Origin: Malacoraja senta
Lineage: Eukaryota
Assembly: GCA_038087875.1 (NCBI GenBank)
Contig: CM075998.1
Coordinates: 2,730,001 to 2,794,000 of the forward strand
Length of the DNA: 64,000 bases
Direction: 5' to 3'
Shown: one piece after another, positions 41,050 to 53,801 of the stretch
How positions within the stretch are numbered: the first letter of the stretch is position 1
Layout: every line of letters starts with the position of its first letter
Translations under genes and position numbers: made by a program
The notes under the pieces: generated by a model
Told to the model about the DNA's origin: nothing
Databases searched by the model: none
What the model saw: the letters and a program-made list of their open reading frames with translations, nothing else

Positions 41050-42783
41050 CATCTCGAGGTGTCTTTATCTTCAGAAATAAAGTTTAGTTCATAAGTTCAC
41101 AAGTTCTAGGAGCAGAACTAGGCCATTCGGCCCATCAAGTCTACTCCACCATTTAATCATAGTTGATCTATCTCTTCCTCCTAACCCCATTCTCCTGCCT
41201 TCTCCCCATACCCCTAACACCCGTACTAATCAACAATCTGCCCATCTCCACTTTAAAAATATCCATTGACTCGGCCTCCACAGCCATCTGAATTCCACAG
41301 ATTCACCACCCTCAGACAAAAAAAAATCCTCATCTCATTCCTAAAGGTACGTCCTTTTTTATTCTGGGGCTGTGCCCTCTGGTCCAAGACTCTCCCACTA
41401 GTGGAAACATCCTCTCCACATCCACTCTATCCAGGCCTTTCACTATTTTCGGTAATGTGTGGGATTCTCTGCCACAGAAGGGATGCCAATTCACTGGATG
41501 TTTTCAAGAGAGGGTTAGATTTAGCTCTTAGGGCAAATGGAATCTAGGGATATGGGGAGAAAACAGGAACGGGGTACTGATTTCAGATGATCAGCCATGA
41601 TCATATCGAAGGGCGGTGCTGGCATGAAGGGCCTACTCCTGCACCTATTTTTCTCTTTCGATGTTTCTGAGTTTCAATGAAGTCCCCCTCCTCCTCTCGA
41701 GAGTTTAGAGAGCAAAGTGGCAGGGGGCATGAAGGGTTAATCTAATTCACCAGAGAAAGATGACATGTCAGTGCGGAATATGGGAGATTCCTGCCAATCC
41801 CACCAGCAGTGGGATAAATTTGTCCATGCAAGGGGAAGTCTATCCCAGTGAAGTTATTTCAGTGGATGCATAGCACCGCGTGGCAGCTTCTCCCTGAATA
41901 CGCTATTGTGTGTAAGGATTGGAATCAGTGTTAATTACATCAATTAGTTACAATGGATGTGTAATAAATAGCGACTTAGTGTCTGACTTCCTGCTGTGGG
42001 CCTGAGATTAATTCAGGCTCTCAGATGGGACTGAAAGCAGTGATAGACAATCCATTAAACCCGAAATGCCACACATCCTACCCATGAAGATTTGCATTAG
42101 ACACCCGTGGCTGTGCAGAATTGTCCTGATTGTTTCCACTGGCTATTTGTCGTGCATTTAAGCCGCGAGTCTTTTTAACAGAAAGTGCACTGGTTGAGAA
42201 ATGCGTGGTGCCTGGGGATTATCAATGGCTCTGCCACCGTTGCCATGGGCGAGAATCTCAGGAGCTCTAGCATGCAAAGTGATGAGCAGGGCAGCAGTGG
42301 GGCTGGGACATACAAGGTAAGCTGTTTTTATCGAACATTTCAACAGGCAGACAGAGTTAATTACGACCGGCTGAAGGAGCTTGTAGAGAAACAATCACCA
42401 CCTTGACACTTTGCCTCGAATGCAGCAAAATTACTTCCGTGGATGAGTCCAAATTGGCTGCAAAAGGCCCTCTGCGGTGAAAATGAGGTCTAGGGTTTGG
42501 AAAAGGGGGAATATCCGTCTTTCCCACAGTCCCGTATCCGTCCCCGTGACATGGAGTGAACATGGGAGGTCGGGGGGTGGGGTGAGGAGAGATGGGGGGG
42601 GATGAGAGAGAGAGAGAGAGTTGTGGGGAGGGTTGGTGGTGACTACAACTGGATGAATCTGTATGTTATATCAGCCAAGGCCCGATTAACCGCGAACCGA
42701 ACTTGTACCACAGACGTCTATCTGATATCGGTGTGTCAAAGCAATCCAAATTACATGACATACTCCCGCTACAAGAATCACTC

Positions 42784-43240
42784 TTCTTCTTCTGTCGTGT
42801 GTCTTTTAGACCTGCAGCTCCGTTGAGGCGAGCCAGGCCAACGTGTCATCGTCCAGGTCAATCAGACCTCGTTCACCATTCGGTGGCCGGTGTTTGGGGC
42901 AACTGGTGACGATGTGCTCCACTGTGTCTGTGTTGGGTCCCCACACTCGCAGGAGGCACTCGCTGTCCACGAGGCCCCACCTCTTCATCGCTACTCCATA
43001 GCGTCCGATGCCTGTCCTCAAGCGGTTGAGGGTTGTCCACTGCTTTCGGGGGCAGGTCCTGGCCAGGGACGTCCATGGGGTCATCGATGTACTGGTGTAG
43101 CCTAGATGGTTCCACTGACTTCCACTGGTCTCTCCATCTCGTCTTGACCCAGGCAGCCTTAGAAGCGTCAGCCGGTGTTGTGCAGAGCAGCTCTTGGGCT
43201 TGCGTGGCAAAGGGGTGCCGTGACTTGAGGCGCACTCGTG
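42784..43240 (-). mobile_element. Vingi/Ingi-like LINE 3' fragment with zinc-finger C-terminus and (GAA)n tail
   Basis: Joined frames read LKSRHPF...WRDQW...PGQDLP/RKQWTTLNRLRTGIGR...WGLVDS.C...EHIVTSCP...LAWL*, followed by acgacagaagaagaag. The clade assignment is from recalled motif similarity. Confidence 0.6.
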
Positions 43241-43412
43241 AGCAAGTGACTCTGTCAGATTCCCTGAGATGGTACCATATCCCAGCTGAATGAAACAGAT
43301 TTATATCAAACCTCAGCCCAAGACAATATTTAAAGTAAAAACTCCTCTGGCTCTATGAAGATCTCCCCTCACCTGTAGCGATTACTGCGGGACTAACACC
43401 TATTTAGTAGCA

Positions 43413-43596
43413 GGTAGACAAAAGTGCTGGAGAAACTCAGCGGGTGAGGCAGCATCTATGGAGTGAAGGAAATGGGCAACGTTTCGGGCCGAAACGATGC
43501 CTATTTCCTTCGCTCCATAGATGCTGCCTCACCTGCTGAGTTTCTCCAGCACTTTTGTCTACCTTCGATTTTCCAGCATCTGCAGTTCCTTCTTGA
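43413..43596. mobile_element. Palindromic Penelope-derived short element with perfect 15-bp TSD
   Basis: Hairpin 43413-43563; acctatttagtagca at 43398-43412 and 43597-43611. Confidence 0.85.
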
Positions 43597-45194
43597 ACCT
43601 ATTTAGTAGCATTTGGCTGATGAATGGACACTCGGATACGCAGGTTACAACGCTACCTGGTGAGCTGTGTGCGTTTCACTGCATTTTGGTCTTGTTCATA
43701 CGTGATAGGAGTGGAATTAGGCCATTCGGCCCATCAAGTCTACTCTGCCATTCAATCATGGCTGATCTATCTCTTCCTCCTGACCCCATTCTCCTGCCTT
43801 CTTCCCACAACCCCTGACCCCCATACTAATCAAGAATCTATCTCTGACTTTAAAATATCCATTGACTTGGCCTCCACGGCCTTCTGTGGCTATGAATTCC
43901 ACAGATTCACCACCATCTGACTGAATAAATTCCTCCTCATCTTCCTAAAGGAACATCCTTTAATTCTGAGGCTATGACCTCTAGTCCTGGACTCCCCTAT
44001 TAGTGGAAGCATCCTCTCCACGTCCACTCTATCCAGGCCTTTCACAATTCAGTACATTTCAATGAGGTCCCCCCTCATTCTTCTAAACTCCAGCGAGTAC
44101 AGGCCAGTGCCGTCAAATGCTCACCCTATGTTTACCCACTCATTCCTGGTGTGTTAACCCACTCATTCACAGGGACCGCACTGATACGAATGGTTTAATT
44201 CCTTTATCTAGTCCAGACACCAGCAAAAAATAGACGGTCTCATTTCTGGCTTGAAACCTACGAGTGGAGTGGGAAAGAATGCTATTTGAAAGTCCCTGTG
44301 GCCTTTGGAATCTCACAATTTAATAATTTAGTAATTGCGTGTACTGTGAGCCAAGCAGTGGCGTTCCCAGTGTAAATTCTTACTCACAGCAGCACAACAG
44401 ATATGAAAACACAGCACTCTGTAAACACCATAATAAAGAAAAAAAGTTAAATTATATTAAAAATAACAAAGAATTTTCTTGCAAAGACAAAAAGAATGTT
44501 CCCAAGTCCCTAGTGTAATCGAGGCAGTTCGGAGTTTAGTTGGAGCTTGCAGTGTTTAATAGCCTGATGGCTGTGGGGAAGAGGCTGTACCTGAACGTTA
44601 CAGTTTTCAGGCTCCTGTACCTTTCTTCCAATGGTAGGAGTGAAATCAAGGCAGGAAAAAGACTGCAAAGAAAAACCAAGAGAGGGTTATGTGGGCAGCG
44701 CAGTGCCCGAGCCACTGCCTCACAGATCCAGTTCAATCCCACCTTGGTGCTGCCCGTGTGGAGCTTGCACGTTCTCACTGCGACCCTGTGGGTTTCCTCC
44801 CACTTCCCAAAGACGTGTGGTTTTAGAAACATAGAAAATGGGTGCAGGAGTAGGCCTTTTGGCCCTTCCAGCCAGCACACCGCCATTCAATATGGTCGTG
44901 GCTGATCATCCAAAATCAGTACCATCTTCCTGCTTTTTCCCCCCATATCCCTTGATTCCGTTAGCACCAAGAGCTATATCTAACTCTCTCTTGAAAACAT
45001 CCAAAGAATTGGCCTCCACTGCCTTCTGTGGCAGAGAATTCCACAGATTCACAACTCTCTGGGTGAAAACGTTTTTCCTCATCTCAATCCTAAATGGCCG
45101 ACCCCTTATTCTTAAACTGTGAATTTGTAGGTTAATTGGCTTCTGTTAGTTGCCCCTCATGTGTCAGGAGTGGATGAGAAAGTGGGATAACATA

Positions 45195-46770
45195 CAGTGC
45201 ATTCAGAAAGTATTCAGACCCCTTCACTTTTTCCACATTTTGTTACGTTACATCCTTATTCTAAAATGGATTTTTTTATCACCAATCTACACACAATACC
45301 CCATAATACAAAAGCGAAAACAGGTGTTTAGAAATGTTTGCAAAGTAATTTAAAAGAAATCACTGAAATATCACATTTACATAAGTATTCAGACCCTTTA
45401 CTCTGTACTTTGTTGAGGCACATTTGGCAGTGATTACAGCCTCAAGTCTTGGGTATGACGCTACAAGCTTGGCACACCTGTATTTGGGTAATTTCTCCCA
45501 TTCTACTCTGCAGATCCTCTCAAGCTCTGTCAAGTTGGCTGGGAAGCGTCGATGCACAGCTATTTCCAGGTCCCTCCAGAGATGTTTGATCGGGTTCAAG
45601 TCCGGGCTCTGGCTGGGCCACTCAAGGACATTCGCAGACTTGTCACGAAGCCACTCCTGCATTGTCTTGGCTGTGTGCTTAGGGTCATTGTCCTGTTGGA
45701 AGGTGAACCTCCGCCCCAGTCTGAGGTCCAGAACGCCCTGGAGCAGGTTTTCATCAAGGATCTCCCTGTACATTGCTCCGTTCATCTTTCCCTCGATCCT
45801 GACTAGTCTCCCAGTTCTTGCTGCTGAAAAACCCCCACAGCATGATGCTGCCACCACCATGCTTCACTGTAGGTATTTGTATTGGCCAGGTGATGGTTTC
45901 CTCCAGACATGACGCTTGGCATTCAGGCCAAAGAGTTCAATCTTGGTTTCATCAGACCAGAGATAACAACCCTTTTGGCAAACTCCAAGCGGGCTGTCAT
46001 GTGCCTTTTACTGAGGAGTGGCTTCTGTCCGGCCACTCTACCATAAAGGCCTGAGTCATGCCACAGATATAGTTGTCCTTCCAGAAGGTTCTCCCATCTC
46101 CACAGAGGAACTCTGGAGCTCTGTCAGAGTGACCATCGGGTTCTTGGTCACCTCACTGACCAAGGCCTTTCTCCCCCGATTGCTCAGTTTGGCCGGGCGG
46201 CCAGCTCTATGAAGAGTCCTGGTGGTTCCAAAGTTCTTCCGTTTAAGAATGACGGAGGCCACTGTGCTCTTCGGGACCTGCAATACTGCAAAAATTGCTT
46301 TATACCCTTCTCCAGATCAGTGTCTCGACACAATCCTGTCTCGGAGGTCTACGGACAATTCCTTTGTCTTCGTGGCTTGGTTTTTGCTCTGACATGCACT
46401 GTCAACTGTGGGACCTTATATAGACAGGTGTGTGCCTTTCCAAATCATGTCCAATCAATTAAATTTACCACTGGTGGACTCCCAATCAAGTTGTAGAAAC
46501 ATCTCAAGGATAATCAATGGAAACAGGATGAACCTAAGCTCAATTTTGAGTGTCATAGCAAAGGGTCTGAATACTTATGTAAATGTGATATTTCAGTTAT
46601 TTATTTTTAATTACTTTGCAAAAATTTCTAAACACATGTTTTCGCTTCTTCATTCTGGGGTATTGTGTGTAGATTGTGTGGGGGAAAAAATTAATCCATT
46701 TTAAAATAAGGCTGTAACGTAGCAAAATGTGGAAAAAGTGAAGGGGTCTGAATACTTTCTGAATGCACTG
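45195..46770 (-). mobile_element. Tc1-family DNA transposon (IR/DR type), transposase pseudogenised
   Basis: TIRs cagtgcattcagaaagtattcagaccccttcac... with inner direct repeats (45379-45398 / 46561-46580); TA TSD at 45193-45194 and 46771-46772. Minus-strand fragments GRPAKLS...KNPMVT and FQQDNDPKHT...WPSQSPDLNPIKHLW; frameshifted, with the catalytic E replaced by K. Confidence 0.96.
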
Positions 46771-49248
46771 TAGAACTAGTGTGAACGGGTGATCAATGAT
46801 CGGTGTGGACTCAGTGGGCTGACGGGCCTGGTTCTATGCTGCATCTCTAAATGAAAGACATCACACACCAACCATTTCTCATTCTCTTCAGATAGACACA
46901 AAATGCTGGAATAACTCAGCGGGACAGGCAACATCTCTGGAGAGAAGGATTGGGTGACGTTTCGGGTCGAGACCCTTCTTCAGACTGAATGGGTGACGTT
47001 TCGGGTCGAGACCCTTCTTCAGAGTCTTGCACTTCATCTCCATATAAGTGTTACTGTATCTATTGAACTTTCAACCCACCTCTATAGATGCAGGAAAAAA
47101 TATGTAAATGCATGAAAATATATTATATCAACTTTTACAAATAGATAATATTATGAAATTGTAAACTGAAAGTGGGTCAACGTTAAAATTTAATTCACCT
47201 TGATGGAGCCTACAAGATAGATTGTGTTTTGGCTTGTTAGAAAGGCATGTTGTAATCCGTGGAGCATTAGTTAGTCAGTTTACAACAAATTATGCTGCCT
47301 TTAAAATGGCCCCCACTGGTTTGAAAAGAGTTAATGATTCATTGCAACAGTGTGAGTGAAAGCTGGTGTAAAGCAAACCGCAGATATAGCTTAGCTGGTG
47401 ACCAGCCAAAGCAGAGGTTGTTTTTTTTTAAATCCTGTTTTTTCTGGTAATTGTTATCGTTTGGCAATGAACGATAGATTGGTTGTGAGGAATCAAGTCA
47501 TCCAGATGGGTCACAAATGTGGTTTCAGAGACTCGGTGATATCCACACAATACTCTTGTTTCTTGACACCGAGATCATTTGCAAGAGCCTAATTTTCTGT
47601 GGTCCTACGGTTGAGTAAATTAGCACATAGAACATAGAACCGCACAGCACAGGAACAGGCCCTTCAGCCCACAATGTCTGTGCCGAACATGATGCCATGT
47701 TAAACTAATCTCCTCTGCCTGTGCATGATCGATGTCCCTCCATTCCCTGCATATCCATGTACCTATCCAAAAGCCTCTTAAACGCCACTGTCACAGCTGC
47801 CTCCATCCACCACCCTCTATGTTTTTGTTTTAAAACTTGCCCCACACATCTTCTCCTTAGTCTTTGACATTTCCACCATCTTTAGATGATCACCTCTGAA
47901 GCCCAACCACACAGGTTAAGGGTTTGGAGCAAAAAGAAAATGGAGGCTTGATCAAACTTTGAGACGTTAAGAGGAAGGTGGCTAGATAGCATTTCTACTG
48001 GACGGAGAGACTAAAATAAAGGCTGAACTTTGAAATCACTTCTTCACACCGAGCTGAGGGTTAGGTGGGGGAGGGAAGGGTGGGTCTGAACTGGGAGGTC
48101 TGGAAACAGAACTGGATCCACATGGGACGAGATGGAGGCGAAGGGGGAACCTCATTGAAACTTACCGAATAGTGAAAGGCCTGGATAGAGTGGATGTGGA
48201 GAGGATGTTTCCACTGGTGGGAGAGTCCAGGACCAGAGGCCACAGCCTCAGAATAAAAGGACGTACCTTTAGAAAGGAGATGAGAAGGAATTTCTTTAGT
48301 GGTGAATCTGTGGAATACATTGCCTCAGAAGACTGTGGAGGCCGTCAATGGATATTTTTAAGGTGGAGATTGACAAATTCTTGATTAGTACGGGTGTCAG
48401 GGGTTTTGGGGAGAAGGCAGGAGAATGGGGTTGAGAGGGAAATATAGATCAGCCATGATTGAATGGTAGACTCGATGGGCCGAATGGTCGAATCCTGCTC
48501 CGATAACTAATGAAGGCAAGTATTGAATCTTTTTATTTTCATGTTTTATTTTCCTGATTGGATTAAATCGCCTCTTTTCCCTGGAGGAGGCTCACAACGT
48601 TTAAAAAGTGGCTTTGTTCCTCAGATTTATGGGTCTGGATCACAAATAAACATTCATTACTTGGACGTGTGTTTAAGCATTTACTTAGAAAGCCAAGGAT
48701 ATACTCCAGTGAGTGAGTCAGCAAATGAATGATACTTAAGTGAGTCAGCAAATGAATGAATTCTGTACAGTACAATACAGTACACCTAGCACATAACCAG
48801 GGTGCCACGAAGTGAGAACATTACCATGGCGGCCTTTCGTTAGCTACATGCTTACAGTATCGCCAATGCTATTTTACAATCAGCTTCTGAGCGAGGGAAC
48901 CACCAGGCTTGCATTACATTTTAAGACACAAATTGCTGGAGTAACTCAGCGGGTCAGGCAGCATTCCCGGAGAACATGGGCAGGTGACGTTTTGGGTCGG
49001 GACCCTTTTTCACACTGAAGCAAGTCAGGTCACTTTGTGTCTTATTTTGTAAACCAGCACCTGCAGTTCCTTGTGTCTACATCTCGCCTTAAGAACCTGA
49101 TGGTTGTTGGGAAGAAGCTATTCCCGAACTTGGATTGATGGATAAAGGAGTAGGAAAGAACTGCAGATGCTGGTTTAAATCGAAGATAGACACAAAATGC
49201 TGGAGTAACTCAGCGGGACAGGCAGCATCTCTGGAGAGAAGGATTGGA

Positions 49249-49298
49249 GAAAGGGTCTGAAGAAGGGTCTCGATCTCGACCCGAAACGTCACCCTTTC
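49249..49298 (+). ncRNA. Candidate minimal type I hammerhead ribozyme within a Penelope-derived element
   Basis: gaaagggt-CTGAAGA-a-GGGTC(tcgatctc)GACCC-GAAA-CGTC-accctttc: 8-bp stem I, 5-bp stem II, palindromic ACGT stem III. Activity is untested. Confidence 0.5.
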
Positions 49299-52200
49299 CT
49301 TCTTTCCCTCGGGATGTCACTCCCTCGGGAGAGTCCCCTAACTTGTGCACTCAGTGGGAACTGAACCCATGACCTTCTCATTCAGCGAGGCGTGCTTAGA
49401 ACTGGGTTAGATCTTGGGCTCAGCTTAGATCTGGCACAAGGTTCAGCTGCCTTTGTGGGCCAAATGGGCGCCAGATTAATCTCCCTAGCCACATAGAGCA
49501 CCTGAGCACCTCCATGTCTCCTTGGATACACTTTTTGTGTATGGCCTCCCGCGGCCGCCTCCACCAGCACCAAGTCAGATCCCAGGGATCTGAAACCTTC
49601 ATGCGTTTAAAGAACTTTAGCCCTCCCCCCCCCCCCCCCCCCCCCGCCGGTGTAAAAACGGCAATGCAGACCCATAGGGTCTTAAAGGGACTCTGAAAAT
49701 GGCTATGAAACAGCAGCCTACAATTGTAAACAGTGGCCGGAGGAATATTTACTGCAGGGCGAAAAGGGGGGGGAGGGGAAACAATGTTTTAAAACCCGGT
49801 CTGGCCTCAAAAGGCGCAGATCTGTGTAGAGACAGATCGTACATAGACAATCACAGAGGCACCCAAAGGCAGATGGGTTTCCATATCTTGGAATCACCCA
49901 CGCAGAAGCTCCACGAATTCAACAGATTAATGAACACTGACGAACATGCAGGCGGATGTCTGTGCTACTACGGAGGGGCGAGTTGTCCTGATCTCTATCG
50001 CTTGGAAAAAACAAAGTTTATGGTAGAGTCACTAACTTTATTGGAGTTATTCAGCACACTTCGGGGAAAATGACTGTGTTTGTTATTTTTAACTTTTTAC
50101 TTAATATCCTCCCTAACTGCAGATCACAATGAGTATTGAGCCAAAGGGTGAACTGGTGTGGGCCCCTAATTGCCAGATTAGACTAGTCTGCAGTGCGACA
50201 GTTTACAGATTCCGTTAACTCGGTAACGAATGGATGAAGGAGATTTGAGAAGTCCTGACTCCGAATGCCAAAAGCCAAGCGAATCCCGTTGGGACCATTT
50301 CAAACCCGTTTAGCAGATGTTTGGAACTGGCTCTGTTAATGTTTACATTCAATTCTTCATATTCTTGTGAGAAGTCTCTGAGTGATCTACTGGGGAAGAC
50401 TTCTTGCTGTTTACTGATGGCGCATCTTCCCTGGTGGCCTTCTAATGAAGTGTCCTGCCCATTGCCCTCAGAGGCTACCAGACTGATAGCTTCAAGTTCA
50501 CAACCAGGGTGGTGATGGCTTTATTGCAGCAAGAAACAGATGGAGGCGAGACTCTGCTCGAGCGCTCCAATGTTCTCTTTCAGCCCTCAATTAGGAAGGA
50601 CTGGTGGAGGTCTTACCTCAAGGCCGGCTGCGGGAGGCATGAAGGTTGAAGGTGGACCGGGCGCGGAGGAGGAGAGGGCCGACGGCTGCAACGGGTCTCT
50701 CTGGTCAGCTGTAGCTGGGACTTAGAATAAAGGGGAGGTCATTTAAGACTGAGGTGAGAAAAAACCTTTTCACCCAGAGAGTTGTGAATGTGTGGAATTC
50801 CCTGCCACAGAGGGCAGTGGGGGCCAAGTCACTGGATGGATTTAAGAGAGAGTTAGATAGAGCTCTAGGGGCTAGTGGAGTCAAGGGGATATGGGGAGAA
50901 GGCAGGCATGGGTTATTGATAGGGGACAATCAGCCATGATCACAATGAATGGCGGTGCTGGCTCGAAGGGCCGAATGGCCTCCTCCTGCACCTATTTTCT
51001 ATGTTTCTATGTTTCTATGGACTTGGAAAATGGCGCCAATACCTGGCGACCCTTGCACATACCCCGAGTGGGCTGATTCTGTGCATTATGTACTTAGCGA
51101 GGGAGATTGTACGGCAATAATCTTACTGATCTGTATGCAAAAAATAATTTTGCTGTACACGTGTAAATAAAGGAACCATCTGTACTTCACTCTGGTTTGG
51201 TTAGCCAGTCAAGTATCACAACTCTTTGGTACACAGCTGAACTGGGCTATGATCCAGCACAGAAACAGACTGATGGGAGAGGGGAGAAGAGGGGGTGGCC
51301 AGGGTGCTGCTGGCCTTGCCGAGGCAACGCGAGGTGTCAATGGAGTCAATGGAAGGGAGGTTGGTTTATGGGAAGGTCCACAATTCTCTGCTCTTGTTAA
51401 TCTCATTTTGTCAATTTCAGTAGTGAAACAGCCTGGGCTAAAACAAGGAACTCATTCAGGACTCCAGGGTCTAACCACCCTCTGAGCACATGGCTGGGGA
51501 TTCTCAACAAGGGGAACATCTCCTCCGGAAACAACACATTGCATCATCACACCCTGTCCGAACAGAAATACAATGACAAAGTCTTTGAGGTGAACACCTA
51601 GTCTGAAATCTATCCGGTGGTTAATAAACCTCACACTCAGAGTCATATTGCGTGGAAACAGGCCCTTCAGCCCAACCTGCCCACACCGGCCAACATGCCC
51701 CATCTAAACCAGTCCCACCTGCCTGTGTTTGGCACATATCCCTCTAAACACACCCTATCCATGTACCTGTCTAAATGTTTCCTACACGTTGCGATTGTCC
51801 CAGCCTCAACTACCTCCCCCGACAGCTCGTTCCATACACCCACCACCCTGTGTGTAAATTCGTTGCCCCTCGGATTCCTATAAAATCTTTACCCACTCAC
51901 CTTAACCTTATATCCTCTGGTTCTCGATTTCCACCTACTCTGGGCAAGAGACTCTGCGTCTACCCAATCTATTCTTCTCATGATTTTGTACTCAATTTAC
52001 AAATGATACCGCAGCCCAATGCAAAGAAAAAGTAAAATAAAGATAGCAGGCAGTGAAACTGTTTGCTACCCAATTTGCAAACCATGCATAGAACATCCAA
52101 GTATTTATCATCATGACTGTATCAATGTATCTCTCGTTTTCTTTTGGTTCTATATTAGATCTTGGGATCCTTGAAAACATTTCACAAGCTTGGATGTAAC

Positions 52201-52299
52201 GGTGACCCTTGCTGTTACTCGCGTGGCTTCCCCTTCATCTTGTGGAGAGTGGCCTGGCTATTGATTGCAATGGAAGATCTTGACTAGCGATCTGCCATT

Positions 52300-52800
52300 G
52301 ACCAACCACGATGTCACGACAGCCAAAGACAGCACACCAAGACAGCAGACCGAGGGCATTTGGCACGTCTCCAATAACTCTCACCAACTTCTACAGATGC
52401 CCCATAGAATGCAAACTGTCGGGGGTTGCATCACGGCTTGGTTTGGGAACAGCTCTGCCCAAATTGCAAGAAATTGCAGCGGGTTGTTGGTGTTTGCAAG
52501 TCCATCACACAGACCACACTCCCCCACCATTGACTCCATCTACACTTCACGCTGTCTCGGGGAAAGCAGCCGACACAATCAAATACTTGTCCCGGTCCCA
52601 CCCCCGGTCATTCCTTCTTCTCCCCGCTCCCGTCCGGCAGAAGGTACAGAAGCTTGAAAGCCCGCACCACCAGACTCAGGAACAGCTTCTTACCCTCTGT
52701 TATCGGGCTTCTGAACGGTCCTTCCACAAGCTAGGGTACTGTCCGATTCACCTCGACCCCATTGCGGACATTGGACTTTGTCTCTGGAACTGATGCGCTA
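52300..52800 (+). mobile_element. Rex1/Babar-type LINE 3' fragment
   Basis: Frameshifted LTNFYRCPIE..., GCITAWFGNSSAQ, PTIDSIYTSRCLG, and PLPSGRRYRSLKARTTRLRNSF segments. Confidence 0.8.
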
Positions 52801-53801
52801 CGATGTTGAGAACTAGATTCTGCTCTCTGTGTCTTCCCCTTTGCTCCATCTCCCGTGCTTGACTTAGAAAATAGGTGCAGGAGGAGGCCATTCGGCCCTT
52901 CGAGCCAGCACCGACATTCATTGTGATCATGGCTGATCGTCCCCTATCAATAACCCGTGCCTGCCTTCTCCCCATATCCCTTGATTCCACTAGCCCCTAG
53001 AGCTCTATCTAACTCTCTCTTAAATCCATCCAGTGACTTGGCCTCCACTGCCCTCTGTGGCAGGGAATTCCATAAATTCACAACTCTCTGGGAGAAAAGC
53101 TTTTTCTCGCCTCAGTCTTAAATGCCCTCCCCTTTATTCTAAGACTGTGGCCCCTGGTTCTGGACTCGCCCAACATTGGGAACATTTTTCCTGCATCTAG
53201 CTTGTCCTGTCCTTTTATAGTTTTATATGTTTCTATAAGATCCCCCCTCATCCAGTGAACTGGATTGTATCAATGTATGGTATTACTGATCTGTTTGAAC
53301 AAAGCTTTTCACTGTACCTCAGGCCACCTGACAATGATAAACCTGAACCTTTCAGAGACACAACGATGATAATTCACCAGCCACTACTCAGGGAACCAAC
53401 CGATGCCAACATATCCCATGTGTTACTCCCAGCAAACTGCAGAGCAGGCAAGTAGCTCGCAGCTGTAACAGGAAGTGGTGAGAAAACAATCCATTCTTTT
53501 ATTGCAGAATCCTGATGGGTTTTATGGAGATGGAAAACTAATAGCAGATGTTACAAGTCAGACCATCCCAAGACCAGGCGGCAAGGCGTTCACTGTTAAG
53601 ATGGTGCTAAAAAAGACAGGCAGAACAGTGACTGGGGAGCAATTTCAGAGACTCCACTAACGCACTGATGATTTTAATGTATCACAACATCCTGGCTCCA
53701 CAAACTGGAAGTTGCAATTCAGTCTAAGTAAAGACGCCATGTTTCCAGGTGCTTTTGCCTTTAAATTGTTCGATGTCCTCTCAATTATCCTTAACCACTT
53801 G

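Noticed and set aside
42185..42406. Short ORF with a strong donor-like AAG|gtaagc near 42316
   Set aside because: No recognisable protein similarity and no partner exons.
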